64,000 nt of DNA from Deltaproteobacteria bacterium (lineage in GTDB: Bacteria > Desulfobacterota > RBG-13-43-22): contig JACRBX010000202.1 of assembly GCA_016219225.1 (NCBI GenBank), positions 741 to 64,740 of the forward strand. Reading direction: 5' to 3'. This document shows, piece by piece, positions 9,402 through 18,037 of the stretch. The position numbers were made by a program, and so were the translations under genes. The notes beneath the pieces are model-generated. The model saw only the letters and a program-made list of their open reading frames with translations, searched no databases and was not told the origin of the DNA. Each line of letters starts with the position of its first letter. Within the stretch, counting starts at the first letter, position 1.

Positions 9402-9470
9402 GTCACCCCGGCGAAAGCCGGGGTCCGGAAGTAATTGAATGCCCTGGATTCCGGCTTTCGCCGGAATGAA
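9402..9470. repeat. REP/BIME-like inverted pair: left unit gtcaCCccggcGAAAgccggGGtccgg, right unit cctggattccggctttcgccggaatga
   Basis: Each unit is a hairpin with a GAAA (GNRA) loop. The left unit carries compensatory changes (TT..AA to CC..GG) relative to the other copies, which preserves the stem. Confidence 0.8.
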
Positions 9471-9539
9471 GTTTCGCGGGGTTCGGCGATTTTTTACGAA
9501 TTGAACGGACTTAAATTGTGAAAGAGGGGATTTTTTAAC

Positions 9540-9565
9540 TTGACAATTGTCGACAATCGTAATAT
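9540..9565 (+). promoter_or_regulatory. Putative promoter (TTGACA 9540-9545, TAATAT 9560-9565) overlapping a perfect 12-bp palindrome ATTGTCGACAAT (9546-9557). Candidate autoregulatory GntR/FadR operator.
   Basis: The palindrome fits the GntR-type xGT-N-ACx architecture and sits about 50 nt upstream of the regulator's start codon. Confidence 0.5.
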
Positions 9566-9608
9566 TGACTTTACTAAAATCTACAAAACCCCTAACGAGG
9601 AAGTCATC

Positions 9609-10301
9609 ATGTTAAAATCCTGTAAGCCGGGATCGATTGTCGAGCAGATTTACAAGGCCCTTTGCGAAGGCATCATGGACGGTTCTCTGGCCCCCGGGCA
9701 GTCCCTGAGAGAGCAGGAATTGCAGGAGCACTTCGGGGTCAGCCGGGCCCCCATCCGGGAGGCCATTCGTTTGCTGGAAGCCGACCGTTTAGTAGTAGTC
9801 AGTGCCTATAAAAACAAGCATGTCCGTAAAATCACCCGGGAGGATTTATTGGAAACCATTCCGGTCCTGGCCCGCCTGGAAGGGGGCGCGGCTTTTTTAA
9901 CCTTGCCCCGGATCGGTCCTGCTCAGCTCGAAGAATTTCAACAGATCAACGAGGAGCTGAAAAGAAGTTACCGGGTCAAAGATATTACGGCCTGCATTGA
10001 ACAAAATTTCAATTTTCACCGTTTCTATGTCAGGGCCTGCGAGAATCAGACCCTTAGACAGGCCATCCGTCCCATGATGAAACGGGTGATCGGGTTGTGG
10101 GTCTCCTGTCTATATAACCAAACGCCGGAATTATTCAAAACCACCATAGCCGAACATGATCAGGTTCTTAAAGCCTTTGCCAAAGGGGATGCCGCGGCGG
10201 CGGAAACCAGCGTCCGCAAACATATCGAGAGTCTACTGGCCCGGGTGTTGAAGGCCTCGGTTTTTGATGAAGAGGGTAATTTCCAGATCCTAAGCCAATA
10301 A
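9609..10301 (+). CDS. GntR-family transcriptional regulator, FadR subfamily (wHTH plus FCD domain)
   Basis: LQEHFGVSRAPIREAIRLLEADRLV HTH motif and an all-helical C-terminal domain. Start set at ATG 9609 with a GAGGAAG RBS. The track start at 9540 is a TTG codon inside the promoter. Confidence 0.85.
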   Translation: MLKSCKPGSIVEQIYKALCEGIMDGSLAPGQSLREQELQEHFGVSRAPIREAIRLLEADRLVVVSAYKNKHVRKITREDLLETIPVLARLEGGAAFLTLPRIGPAQLEEFQQINEELKRSYRVKDITACIEQNFNFHRFYVRACENQTLRQAIRPMMKRVIGLWVSCLYNQTPELFKTTIAEHDQVLKAFAKGDAAAAETSVRKHIESLLARVLKASVFDEEGNFQILSQ

Positions 10302-10345
10302 AAAAATCCAACCCGCCAATTTGCAAACAGGCAGGAGCCCATATT

Positions 10346-11875
10346 GTGAATGTAGGCAGTTTTCTTGATTTTTCAGCGGCACGCTTTCCGGATAAAACGG
10401 CACTGGTATTTAAAGATACCCGCTTAACCTACCGACAATTGCGTAAACGGGTACTCAGATTGTCTTCGGCCTTAGGCCGTCTCGGCCTTGAAAAAGGGGA
10501 CCGTGTTGCCACGGTCATGTGGAATTGCAGGGAGATGCTGGAAATCTATCTGGCGGCCGTCACTGTCGGAGCCCTGTTCACCCCCCTAAATTTTCGTGCC
10601 AGCCCCAAAGAGCTGGCTTTCCTGTTGGCTGATTCGGAGCCGTCGGTTTTGTTTGTGGATGAAAAATGCCGGGAGGCAGTACTTGCTGCCATTACAGATC
10701 CCCGCTTGTTTGAGCGATTATATGGCACCTCACCTTCCTCACCGGATTTGAAACTGTATGAGAATTTGATTGAATCTTCTTCCCTGATGGACCACGCGGT
10801 TTCAGTCAGCGGTAATGATCCCTGCCAATTGCTCTATACTTCGGGCACCACGGGGCGTCCCAAGGGGGTTCTTTTATCCCATGATAATGTCTGCTGGAAT
10901 TCCGTCAATATCGGCGCCGCCAGGCAAGACAGGGAATCGGATGTCGTCTATGTGGTCGGTCCCCTGTTTCACAGCGCCGCCCTGAACAGCATCTGCACCG
11001 CCCGCTTGAGCCGGGGTACCACCATCATCCTCCATGAAAGATTCGACCTGCAATACCTGATGGAAGATATTGAACGGGAAAAGATCACCTTCATATCGGC
11101 CCCCCCGACGGTGTTTATGATGTTGATGGAAAATTGCCGTCCTGGCGATTATGACACCTCGTCGGTCACCTCAATTACTTCAGGCGGTGACGCCCTGGGT
11201 GTGACGGCCCAACAGGCCCTTCGGGAATATTTCCCCAACTTTAAAGGAATCCATAATATTTACGGACTGACGGAGGGGGGGCCGAATTTAACCTGCCTCC
11301 CGGCCGAACAATCGATGGCCAAGTGCGGCAGCATCGGACTGCCTCTTCCCTTCCTTAAATTGAAACTCTTTGATGATCAGGATAACGAAGTCCCCAAAGG
11401 ACAGATCGGAGAAATCGTTGTCCAGGGACCCAATGTCATGAAGGGGTATTATCACCAGCCGGAAGCTACGGCCGAAGTCTTGAGAAATGGCTGGTTACAC
11501 ACCGGCGATTGTGCCTGGGAGGATGAGGAAGGCTTTCTCTTTTTGTCCCACCGTAAGAAGGACATCATTGTCAGCGGAGCGGAAAATATCTCCAGCCGGG
11601 AGGTGGAAGAGGTCCTGGCCAAACATCCCGATATTTTCCGGGCCGCTTGTTTCGCCGCCCCCGATGCCAAGTGGGGTGAGCGGGTGGTGGCTGCCATCAT
11701 ACCCCGGGGGAAGCGGGAACCGACTCTTGACGAAATAAGAGAGCACTGCCGAAAAGACCTGGCCGGTTATAAACTTCCCAAAGAAATAATGGTTGTTGAA
11801 GAATTTCCGGAAACCGGTCTGGGTAAGGTCAAAAAGTTCGAGCTTAAGAAGATGTATCTGGCAGGTCGAAAGTGA
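10346..11875 (+). CDS. AMP-dependent acyl-CoA synthetase/ligase
   Basis: LYTSGTTGRPKGV AMP-binding motif and a C-terminal GWLHTGD...KVKK motif. GTG start with an AGGAG RBS. Confidence 0.9.
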   Translation: MNVGSFLDFSAARFPDKTALVFKDTRLTYRQLRKRVLRLSSALGRLGLEKGDRVATVMWNCREMLEIYLAAVTVGALFTPLNFRASPKELAFLLADSEPSVLFVDEKCREAVLAAITDPRLFERLYGTSPSSPDLKLYENLIESSSLMDHAVSVSGNDPCQLLYTSGTTGRPKGVLLSHDNVCWNSVNIGAARQDRESDVVYVVGPLFHSAALNSICTARLSRGTTIILHERFDLQYLMEDIEREKITFISAPPTVFMMLMENCRPGDYDTSSVTSITSGGDALGVTAQQALREYFPNFKGIHNIYGLTEGGPNLTCLPAEQSMAKCGSIGLPLPFLKLKLFDDQDNEVPKGQIGEIVVQGPNVMKGYYHQPEATAEVLRNGWLHTGDCAWEDEEGFLFLSHRKKDIIVSGAENISSREVEEVLAKHPDIFRAACFAAPDAKWGERVVAAIIPRGKREPTLDEIREHCRKDLAGYKLPKEIMVVEEFPETGLGKVKKFELKKMYLAGRK

Positions 11876-11921
11876 AAGAATTAGGCGGGGAGTATAAAAA
11901 AAATTTTTGAGGAGGCATCAA

Positions 11922-13076
11922 ATGAAGGGAATCCTGAAAGGTGCGGTAGTTGTTTTCTGGTGTTCGGCATTATTTTTTATCTTTCATAGTAAGGCTGTGA
12001 GTCAGGAGATCAATATCGGCTTTACCGACCCCTTGACCGGACCGGCGGCTTATATCGGGATCGACGCCATGCACGGGGCCATGATTGCCGCCAAGGAGAT
12101 CAATGACGCCGGCGGGGTATTAGTGGCCGGGAAGAAGTATAAGGTAACGATCCGGACCTATGATGATGAAGGGGTCGGGGCCAAGGCCGTAGCCGGGATG
12201 CAACGATTGAAGGACAAATATGAGGTCCCGGTGATTATTCAAAACATCAGCGGTTCTATCATGGCCATGCTGGAAAAAAACGAGAAGATGGGCGTTTTGC
12301 TGATCGGTTTTTTCAGACATCCCCAGGCCACCAAGGTGGGTAACAAGTTGGTCCTGCGCCATCAACAATCCATCGAGGAAGATGCCATGAGCCTGGTCAA
12401 AGAGACCATGAACTTATTGAAAGTCAAGACCTATGCCATGATTTCCGATGTAAGCGATTACGGCAAATCCTCGGCCAAGGCCTATCAGGGGGCCTTTGAT
12501 AAATTGGGGATCAAGATAGTGGCTAATGAGTGGCTGGATCAACGCACCCAGACCGATTTTCGGGGGCAACTGACCAAGATCAAGGGCGCTAACCCCGATG
12601 TGATCATGCTTTCGGCCTATGATGAAGCAGCGGCCGGGGTCATCAAACAGGCCCATGAGCTGGGGATCAAGACCCCCTTTGCCGTTTCCACAGGCTTCCA
12701 GGCCATGGGCGAGAAACTGACGGGACCGGATATAATTGAAGGCTATTTAAAACCCCTTTCCTATTATGCCCAACTTCCTCCGCCACCGGGTGTGACCCGT
12801 TATAAGAGCCAATTGTATCCGGCCATGGGATACAAGGAACCGATCAGCATGTACGGTATGGCTTGCTACTCCATGGTCCATATTATCACCCAGGCCATGC
12901 AAAAGGCCGGTACGACTACCGACGCGGTTAAAATACGTCAAGCCGCTCCCACGATTTTTCCGATTAATGAGAACCACAATCTCTATGGAATGAAATCTTT
13001 TAAGGAAGACGGCGATGGGGTCCTGATCCTTAAAATAGGCCGGTACCAAAAAGGGAAACTGATCCCGATCAATTAG
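11922..13076 (+). CDS. Orphan LivK-type ABC substrate-binding protein (no adjacent permease or ATPase)
   Basis: Signal peptide followed by QEINIGFTDPLTGPAAYIG. About 80% identical to the SBP at 38433..39575. GAGGAGG RBS before ATG 11922. Confidence 0.85.
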   Translation: MKGILKGAVVVFWCSALFFIFHSKAVSQEINIGFTDPLTGPAAYIGIDAMHGAMIAAKEINDAGGVLVAGKKYKVTIRTYDDEGVGAKAVAGMQRLKDKYEVPVIIQNISGSIMAMLEKNEKMGVLLIGFFRHPQATKVGNKLVLRHQQSIEEDAMSLVKETMNLLKVKTYAMISDVSDYGKSSAKAYQGAFDKLGIKIVANEWLDQRTQTDFRGQLTKIKGANPDVIMLSAYDEAAAGVIKQAHELGIKTPFAVSTGFQAMGEKLTGPDIIEGYLKPLSYYAQLPPPPGVTRYKSQLYPAMGYKEPISMYGMACYSMVHIITQAMQKAGTTTDAVKIRQAAPTIFPINENHNLYGMKSFKEDGDGVLILKIGRYQKGKLIPIN

Positions 13077-13088
13077 GGAAAAGAAAAT

Positions 13089-13185
13089 TTTAAGTTGCAA
13101 GTTGCAAAATGCAGGTTGCAGATTTTCGCTTTGAGCTTATTTCTTGAACCTGCGGTTATCGGCGAAAATCGGCGTCTTAATTTAC
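13089..13185. repeat. Interspersed repeat family A, copy 2
   Basis: gcaagttgcaaaatgcaggttgcag followed by ttttcgctttgagcttatttcttgaacctgcggttatcggcgaaaatcggcgtcttaattta. Confidence 0.8.
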
Positions 13186-13290
13186 CTTAACCATTATATT
13201 TTAAAACCCTTTTCCGTGTTCGAAGATAGCCGGTCCGTGTGTGGCTGTTTCTGATCAGGGTCAGGCTTGAAAAGATAGTATAGGAGTGTA

Positions 13291-14778
13291 GTGGTTACAG
13301 TTGAAAATAACATAGATGATAAACAAGGCTTGCTCCCGCCCCGGGAAAGGATCCAAAAACTATTGGATCCCGGAAGCTTCTTCGAACTGGACAGGTTGGC
13401 CACCCACCATTACCGGGAATTCGGAATGGATAAAAGAGAGATTCCGGCCGATGGCGTGATTACGGGCTTCGGACGGATCAACGGAAGGAAAGTCGCGGTT
13501 TATGCGCAGGATTTTTTGGCCCTGGGCGGCACCTATGGGGAGATGCATGGAAAGAAAATCTGCGCCCTCATGGATACGGCGGCCGAAGCCGGGGCGCCGG
13601 TCATCGGCATCTGTCACTCCGGTGGACTCCGACTTCATGAAACATTAGGTCCCATGGAGATGTTCGGCCAGCTTTTTAAAAGAAACAGCCTCTATTCCGG
13701 TCTGATCCCTCAGATTTCTGTTATTCTGGGGGTGGTGGCCGGAGGTCAGGCCTATTCCCCGGGTCTTACGGACTTTATCCTTATGACCAAAGGTAGCGCC
13801 ATTTATATTGCCGGGCCGGCTTTTGTCAAGGCTCAGACCGGCAGGGAGATCAGCGATGAAGAGCTGGGGGGGGCGGTGATGCACTCCAGGGTGAGTGGTG
13901 TGGTGGATGTTTTGGGAGATACCGAAGAAGAAGTCCTGCAGCAAACCAGAAACCTTTTGGATTTTCTGCCCCTGAATTGCCAGGACCCCACGCCGTACTT
14001 CCCGAATGATGACGACCCGGAGCGGTGTGAGGATGTCTTGAACCGGATCGTCCCGGAAGCATCCCATCGGCCCTTTGATATGAAGAAGGTTATAGGCCCG
14101 ATCTTCGACCAACAGACCTTCATGGAAATGAAGCCCGATTTTGCCCGGAACATGATCACCGGTTTTTCCCGGCTGGCCGGACAGAGCGTCGGCATCGTGG
14201 CCAATCAACCGAACCATCTGGGAGGGGTGATTGATATTAAGGCGGCTGAAAAGGCGGCCCGTTTCGTTCGATTCTGCGATGCCTTCAATATTCCGATCAT
14301 CACCTTTCAGGATTCTCCGGCTTATCTGATCGGCAAGGAAATGGAACAGGGGGGCATGATTTATAAAGGGGCCAAATTGCTTCACGCCTATGCCGAGGCC
14401 ACGGTTCCCAAAATAACCATCATCGTCCGGAAAGCCTATGCCGGGGCCTATATCGCCATGGGCAGCCAGTATATCGGGGCGGATTTCGTCTATGCCTGGC
14501 CGGGGGCGGAGATCTCCAGCGTGGCCCCCAAAACGGCGGCCAGCATATTGTTCCGAAAGGAACTGGCCGAGGCCGGGGCGAATGAACAAAGAGTTGAGGC
14601 CCTTTACCGGGATTATTATGACCGCTATGTCAATCCCTTGCGGGCGGCGTCTTTGCGGCACATTAATGATATTATCGAGCCGAAAACAACCCGGCCGATC
14701 TTGATCAAATCCCTTAATTGGCTTTCAGGGAAAAAACAACCCAGGCTTCCCAAAAAACATGGTAATATTCCATTGTAA
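13291..14778 (+). CDS. Acyl-CoA carboxylase carboxyltransferase subunit (propionyl-CoA carboxylase beta / methylmalonyl-CoA decarboxylase alpha family)
   Basis: Two crotonase-like carboxyltransferase halves. No biotin carboxylase, BCCP or Na-pump subunit is present in the window. GTG start with an AGGAG RBS. Confidence 0.85.
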   Translation: MVTVENNIDDKQGLLPPRERIQKLLDPGSFFELDRLATHHYREFGMDKREIPADGVITGFGRINGRKVAVYAQDFLALGGTYGEMHGKKICALMDTAAEAGAPVIGICHSGGLRLHETLGPMEMFGQLFKRNSLYSGLIPQISVILGVVAGGQAYSPGLTDFILMTKGSAIYIAGPAFVKAQTGREISDEELGGAVMHSRVSGVVDVLGDTEEEVLQQTRNLLDFLPLNCQDPTPYFPNDDDPERCEDVLNRIVPEASHRPFDMKKVIGPIFDQQTFMEMKPDFARNMITGFSRLAGQSVGIVANQPNHLGGVIDIKAAEKAARFVRFCDAFNIPIITFQDSPAYLIGKEMEQGGMIYKGAKLLHAYAEATVPKITIIVRKAYAGAYIAMGSQYIGADFVYAWPGAEISSVAPKTAASILFRKELAEAGANEQRVEALYRDYYDRYVNPLRAASLRHINDIIEPKTTRPILIKSLNWLSGKKQPRLPKKHGNIPL

Positions 14779-14784
14779 GAGGGG

Positions 14785-14819
14785 GTACGCGTTACGGGTT
14801 ACGAGTTGGTAGTTCAAAG
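14785..14819. repeat. Short repeat family K (gtacgcgttacgggttacgagtt..gttcaaag)
   Basis: An inverted copy lies at 58749..58783. Confidence 0.7.
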
Positions 14820-14845
14820 TTCGATCTATTGAGCTTTGATCTCCT

Positions 14846-14942
14846 GTAGGGTGGGTGTAACGAAGTGAAACCCACCAATAAAAAAATGAAGTGAACCCCA
14901 TCAGGTTTATTGGTGGGTTCCGTTTCACTCCACCCACCCTAC
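14846..14942. repeat. Long imperfect hairpin element: two 12-bp stems (gtagggtgggtg/cacccaccctac and cccaccaataaa/tttattggtggg) with an internal loop
   Basis: Seen directly, about 70 nt after the carboxyltransferase stop. Could act as a terminator or be a REP-like structured element. Confidence 0.65.
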
Positions 14943-14949
14943 AAGCTTT

Positions 14950-15023
14950 CTCGCTAAGTCATTCCCGTTTTCACGGAAATGACGGAGAAGTTGTCGATGT
15001 GTTTTCAAAAAGCTAAACTGATA
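14950..15023. repeat. Solo REP-like unit (gtcattcccgttttcacggaaatgacggagaag) plus a conserved tail ttgtcg..ttttcaaaaagctaaactga
   Basis: The same tail (gacggagcgattgtcggcgctttttgaaaaagctaaactga) follows the REP pair at the window end (63959..64000). Confidence 0.7.
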
Positions 15024-15074
15024 CCAAATATTTTATGATTATTGTATGTTAGGTTTCTAAGGAGAGAATAAAAA

Positions 15075-16238
15075 ATGTACTATCCACTAAGTGACGAAGT
15101 TCAGGCCCTCCGTGCAATGGCACGGAAATTTGCCAGGGCGGAAATTCTGCCCCGGGTGGCTGAAGATGAAAAGAATCATTCCTTCCAAAAGGACATCATT
15201 ACTAAAATGGGGGAATTGGGTTTTTTTGGATGCCCTTTGCCGGAAGAATACGGCGGATCTAATTTGGGTTTTTTGGCCCATGCGGTCGTAACCGAAGAGA
15301 TCGCCAGGGTCAGCGGGTCCATACGGGCCGCCTTTAATATGCAGACCATGGGCACGGCCCGGGAAATCTTCCAATTCGGAACAGAGTTCCAAAAGGAAAA
15401 ATATATATCCAGGCTGGTCAAGGCCGAAATCCTGGGGTGTATCGGTATCACCGAACCCAACGCCGGCTCGGACGTGGGCGGGATAAAGACCAAAGCTGTC
15501 AAAAAAGGCAATACCTATATTTTAACGGGTTCCAAAAACTGGATCACCTACGCCCAGGTGGCCGATGTGGGGATTATCTATGCCTATACCGATCCATCCA
15601 GGAAATATAAGGGACTCTCCGCTCTGATCGTGGAAATGAAATCCAAGGGGGTCAGCACTGGTCCCACGGCGGAAAAAATGGGTTGGATGGCCTGCCCCAC
15701 CGGGGAGATCTTTTTTGATGAAGTCGAGGTTCCGGCCGAAAACCTGTTGGGCGGACTGGAAGGAAAAGGCTTTGAGTGCGTCATGGCCGGGCTGGACAAT
15801 ACCCGGCTGACGGCTGCCGCCGGGGCCGTCGGGGTGAGCCAGGGCCTGATTGATGAGGCGGTAAAATATGCCCGGGAAAGAGAACAATTCGGCAACGCTA
15901 TAGGAAAATTCCAGATGGTTCAGGAAGAGCTGGCCCGGATGATCGTGGAAACGGAAGCGGCCCGGTTGATGACCTACAGTTGCGCCCAGGAAAAGGATGG
16001 GGGAAATACTCATAATACCTTAGAGACAAGCATGGCCAAATACTTCGCCTGCGACGTGGCCTCCAGGGTGGCTGACGGCGCTCTCCGGATCTTGGGAGCC
16101 TATGGCTATTCCAGCGAATATGCCGTGGAAAGGCTCTTCCGAGATGCCAAACTCTACCAGATCTTAGAGGGATCGGCCAATATTCAGAAGATGATCATCG
16201 CCACCGATGCCCTGGGATACCGGAAGGCCAACCATTAA
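15075..16238 (+). CDS. Acyl-CoA dehydrogenase
   Basis: Typical ACAD architecture, including the C-terminal REQFGNAIGKFQMVQEELARM motif. AAGGAGAG RBS. Confidence 0.9.
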   Translation: MYYPLSDEVQALRAMARKFARAEILPRVAEDEKNHSFQKDIITKMGELGFFGCPLPEEYGGSNLGFLAHAVVTEEIARVSGSIRAAFNMQTMGTAREIFQFGTEFQKEKYISRLVKAEILGCIGITEPNAGSDVGGIKTKAVKKGNTYILTGSKNWITYAQVADVGIIYAYTDPSRKYKGLSALIVEMKSKGVSTGPTAEKMGWMACPTGEIFFDEVEVPAENLLGGLEGKGFECVMAGLDNTRLTAAAGAVGVSQGLIDEAVKYAREREQFGNAIGKFQMVQEELARMIVETEAARLMTYSCAQEKDGGNTHNTLETSMAKYFACDVASRVADGALRILGAYGYSSEYAVERLFRDAKLYQILEGSANIQKMIIATDALGYRKANH

Positions 16239-16246
16239 AAAATTGT

Positions 16247-16275
16247 TTGACAGGATAAAAAATGATTTATATGTA
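16247..16275 (+). promoter_or_regulatory. Candidate promoter: TTGACAGGAT -35 box followed by an A/T-rich stretch with TATATG/TATGTA -10 candidates, 85-110 nt upstream of the hydratase gene
   Basis: The same TTGACAGGA word is tandemly repeated at 28582..28614. Confidence 0.35.
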
Positions 16276-16357
16276 TTTTCCAGATGATCCTGTAAATCCT
16301 GTCTAATAATGTTGTTGAATTTCAAGATCCTAAAAAGATACGGAAGGAGCTATATTC

Positions 16358-17134
16358 ATGAATGAAAATCCAATCTTACTCGATGTGAATCAAGGCGTAG
16401 CCAGGATCACCTTGAACCTTCCGGAGGTCCGGAACGCCTTGAGTCTAGAGGTTCGGATGACCATGGCCGAAATGTTTATGAAACTGGGTGAGGATGAGGC
16501 GGTGAAGGCTATCATTCTTACCGGGTCCGGAAAGGCCTTTTCCTCCGGCGGGGATATTCGGACCATGGAAGGGGTCAATCCGGTGGCCGGCCGTCTGCGG
16601 CTGAAAAAAGGCCATATCCTGATAAAGACCATGTTGGGACTGGAGAAGCCGATCATCGGGGCTATTAATGGGGTGGCGGCCGGGGCCGGGGTCAGCGTCG
16701 CCCTGGCCTGTGATTTTATAATAGCCTCGGAAGAGGCCCGTTTTGCTGTGAGTTTCAGCAAGATAGGACTGGTGCCTGATCTGGGCCTTTTTTACCTCCT
16801 GCCTTTAAGGATCGGGGTTCCCAGGGCCAAGGAACTGATGTTTTTCGGAGACGTTATAGATCCTCACCAGGCCGAAAGCCTGGGAATGGTCAACCGGGTG
16901 GTGCCGGCGGAAAAACTGGAAGAAGAGGCCCGGGCCATGGCCCAACGTTTGGTGCAGGGCCCAGGTCAATCCTATGCCATGATCAAGTCCGCCCTGAACC
17001 ACTGGCCGGCCGATCTGGATACCTTTTTGGAGATGGAATCGACCATGCAGGCCGTAGCTTTCAACAGCCGGGATTTCGATGAAGGGCGAAGGGCCTTTTT
17101 AGAGAAGAGGAGCCCGGTTTTTTGCGGTAAATAA
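16358..17134 (+). CDS. Enoyl-CoA hydratase/isomerase (crotonase fold)
   Basis: ILTGSGKAFSSGGDI and GAINGVAAGAGVSVALACDF oxyanion-hole motifs. Confidence 0.9.
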   Translation: MNENPILLDVNQGVARITLNLPEVRNALSLEVRMTMAEMFMKLGEDEAVKAIILTGSGKAFSSGGDIRTMEGVNPVAGRLRLKKGHILIKTMLGLEKPIIGAINGVAAGAGVSVALACDFIIASEEARFAVSFSKIGLVPDLGLFYLLPLRIGVPRAKELMFFGDVIDPHQAESLGMVNRVVPAEKLEEEARAMAQRLVQGPGQSYAMIKSALNHWPADLDTFLEMESTMQAVAFNSRDFDEGRRAFLEKRSPVFCGK

Positions 17135-17138
17135 AAGG

Positions 17139-17156
17139 GGCCTTGAGGCCTTTATT
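17139..17156 (+). terminator. Weak intrinsic terminator candidate (GGCC-ttga-GGCC followed by TTTATT)
   Basis: Short GC stem followed by a T-tract, 5 nt after the hydratase stop. Confidence 0.35.
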
Positions 17157-17269
17157 GAAGTTCAAAAACCTGTCCTGTCAATATTTCTTCAACCCCTCTG
17201 ATACCGTTATAAATAACCCCCCCGACCAAGCCGGGGGGATTCTGAATTTAGTTTAAAGTTAAAAAAAAC

Positions 17270-17326
17270 TTGACAAAAGATTAATAATAAATTAAACCAG
17301 TCGTCAGTCGACAGTCTACTAAAAAA
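17270..17326 (+). promoter_or_regulatory. TTGACA -35-like box plus operator-like motif tcgtCAGTCGACAGTCTAC (17301-17319) and an aaaaaag tail, upstream of the second GntR gene
   Basis: The 19-nt core matches the motif at 431-449 with a single Y difference. The aaaaaag tail recurs with one inserted t. Confidence 0.5.
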
Positions 17327-17338
17327 GGACCTATAAAC

Positions 17339-18022
17339 GTGCCCCCTTTAAATAAAAAAAGAGCATTCAGCCCCCAATTTTCCCTCCCTCTGGTGGAACA
17401 GATCACGGAATTTTTGACCCATGCCATTGTGGATGGTCAATTCGAAATGGGGGGGCGGCTGGTTGAAAATGAGCTTCAACGGCAATTCGGGGTCAGCCGC
17501 TCGCCGATCCGGGAATCTTTCCGCATCCTGGAAAAAAAGGGTCTGGTCACCAGCATTCCCAGGAAGGGGACGTACGTCCGGAAGATTGTCCAGAAGGACA
17601 TCGAGGAGAACTTTCCGGTCAGGGCCAATCTGGAAAGCCTGGCCGCCCGCTTAGCCCTTCCCCATCTCACCCCAGAGGATATTGAAAAAATGGAAACCGC
17701 CTTTACCAGGATGGGAGAGGCAGCCCAAAATAATAATTTTAAATCCTATCTCAAGTATCACAGCGAGTACCATGATGTCTTTATAAGGGCCAGTCGAAAC
17801 GATACCCTGATAGAGATCCTGGACAACCTGAGAAATCAGGCCATCTGGTTCAGGTATTCCTATCTTTATGTTCAGGAATCATTTGAATATGCCATCCAGG
17901 TTCATCGAAAGATTTTAGACTGCTTTATAAAAAAGGATGCCGACCGCCTGGAGGCCCTGGTTAAGGAGCATATCCTGATCGCCCTGGAGCGGTTTATTCA
18001 GTTTTTAAACTCTCAGAAATAA
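17339..18022 (+). CDS. GntR-family transcriptional regulator, FadR subfamily (FCD domain)
   Basis: LQRQFGVSRSPIRESFRILEKKGLV HTH. GTG start with an AAAAGGA RBS. Confidence 0.85.
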   Translation: MPPLNKKRAFSPQFSLPLVEQITEFLTHAIVDGQFEMGGRLVENELQRQFGVSRSPIRESFRILEKKGLVTSIPRKGTYVRKIVQKDIEENFPVRANLESLAARLALPHLTPEDIEKMETAFTRMGEAAQNNNFKSYLKYHSEYHDVFIRASRNDTLIEILDNLRNQAIWFRYSYLYVQESFEYAIQVHRKILDCFIKKDADRLEALVKEHILIALERFIQFLNSQK

Positions 18023-18037
18023 AAAGAAAGGATAGGT

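Noticed and set aside
9540-9608. ORF-track start of the GntR gene at 9540 (TTG) and the N-terminal extension of ORFs 6466, 11907, 38409, 40661, 55175 and 63755
   Set aside because: The upstream extensions start at non-ATG codons or lack an RBS, and overlap promoter, operator or repeat sequence. Internal ATG codons with good Shine-Dalgarno sequences match the conserved N-termini of paralogs.
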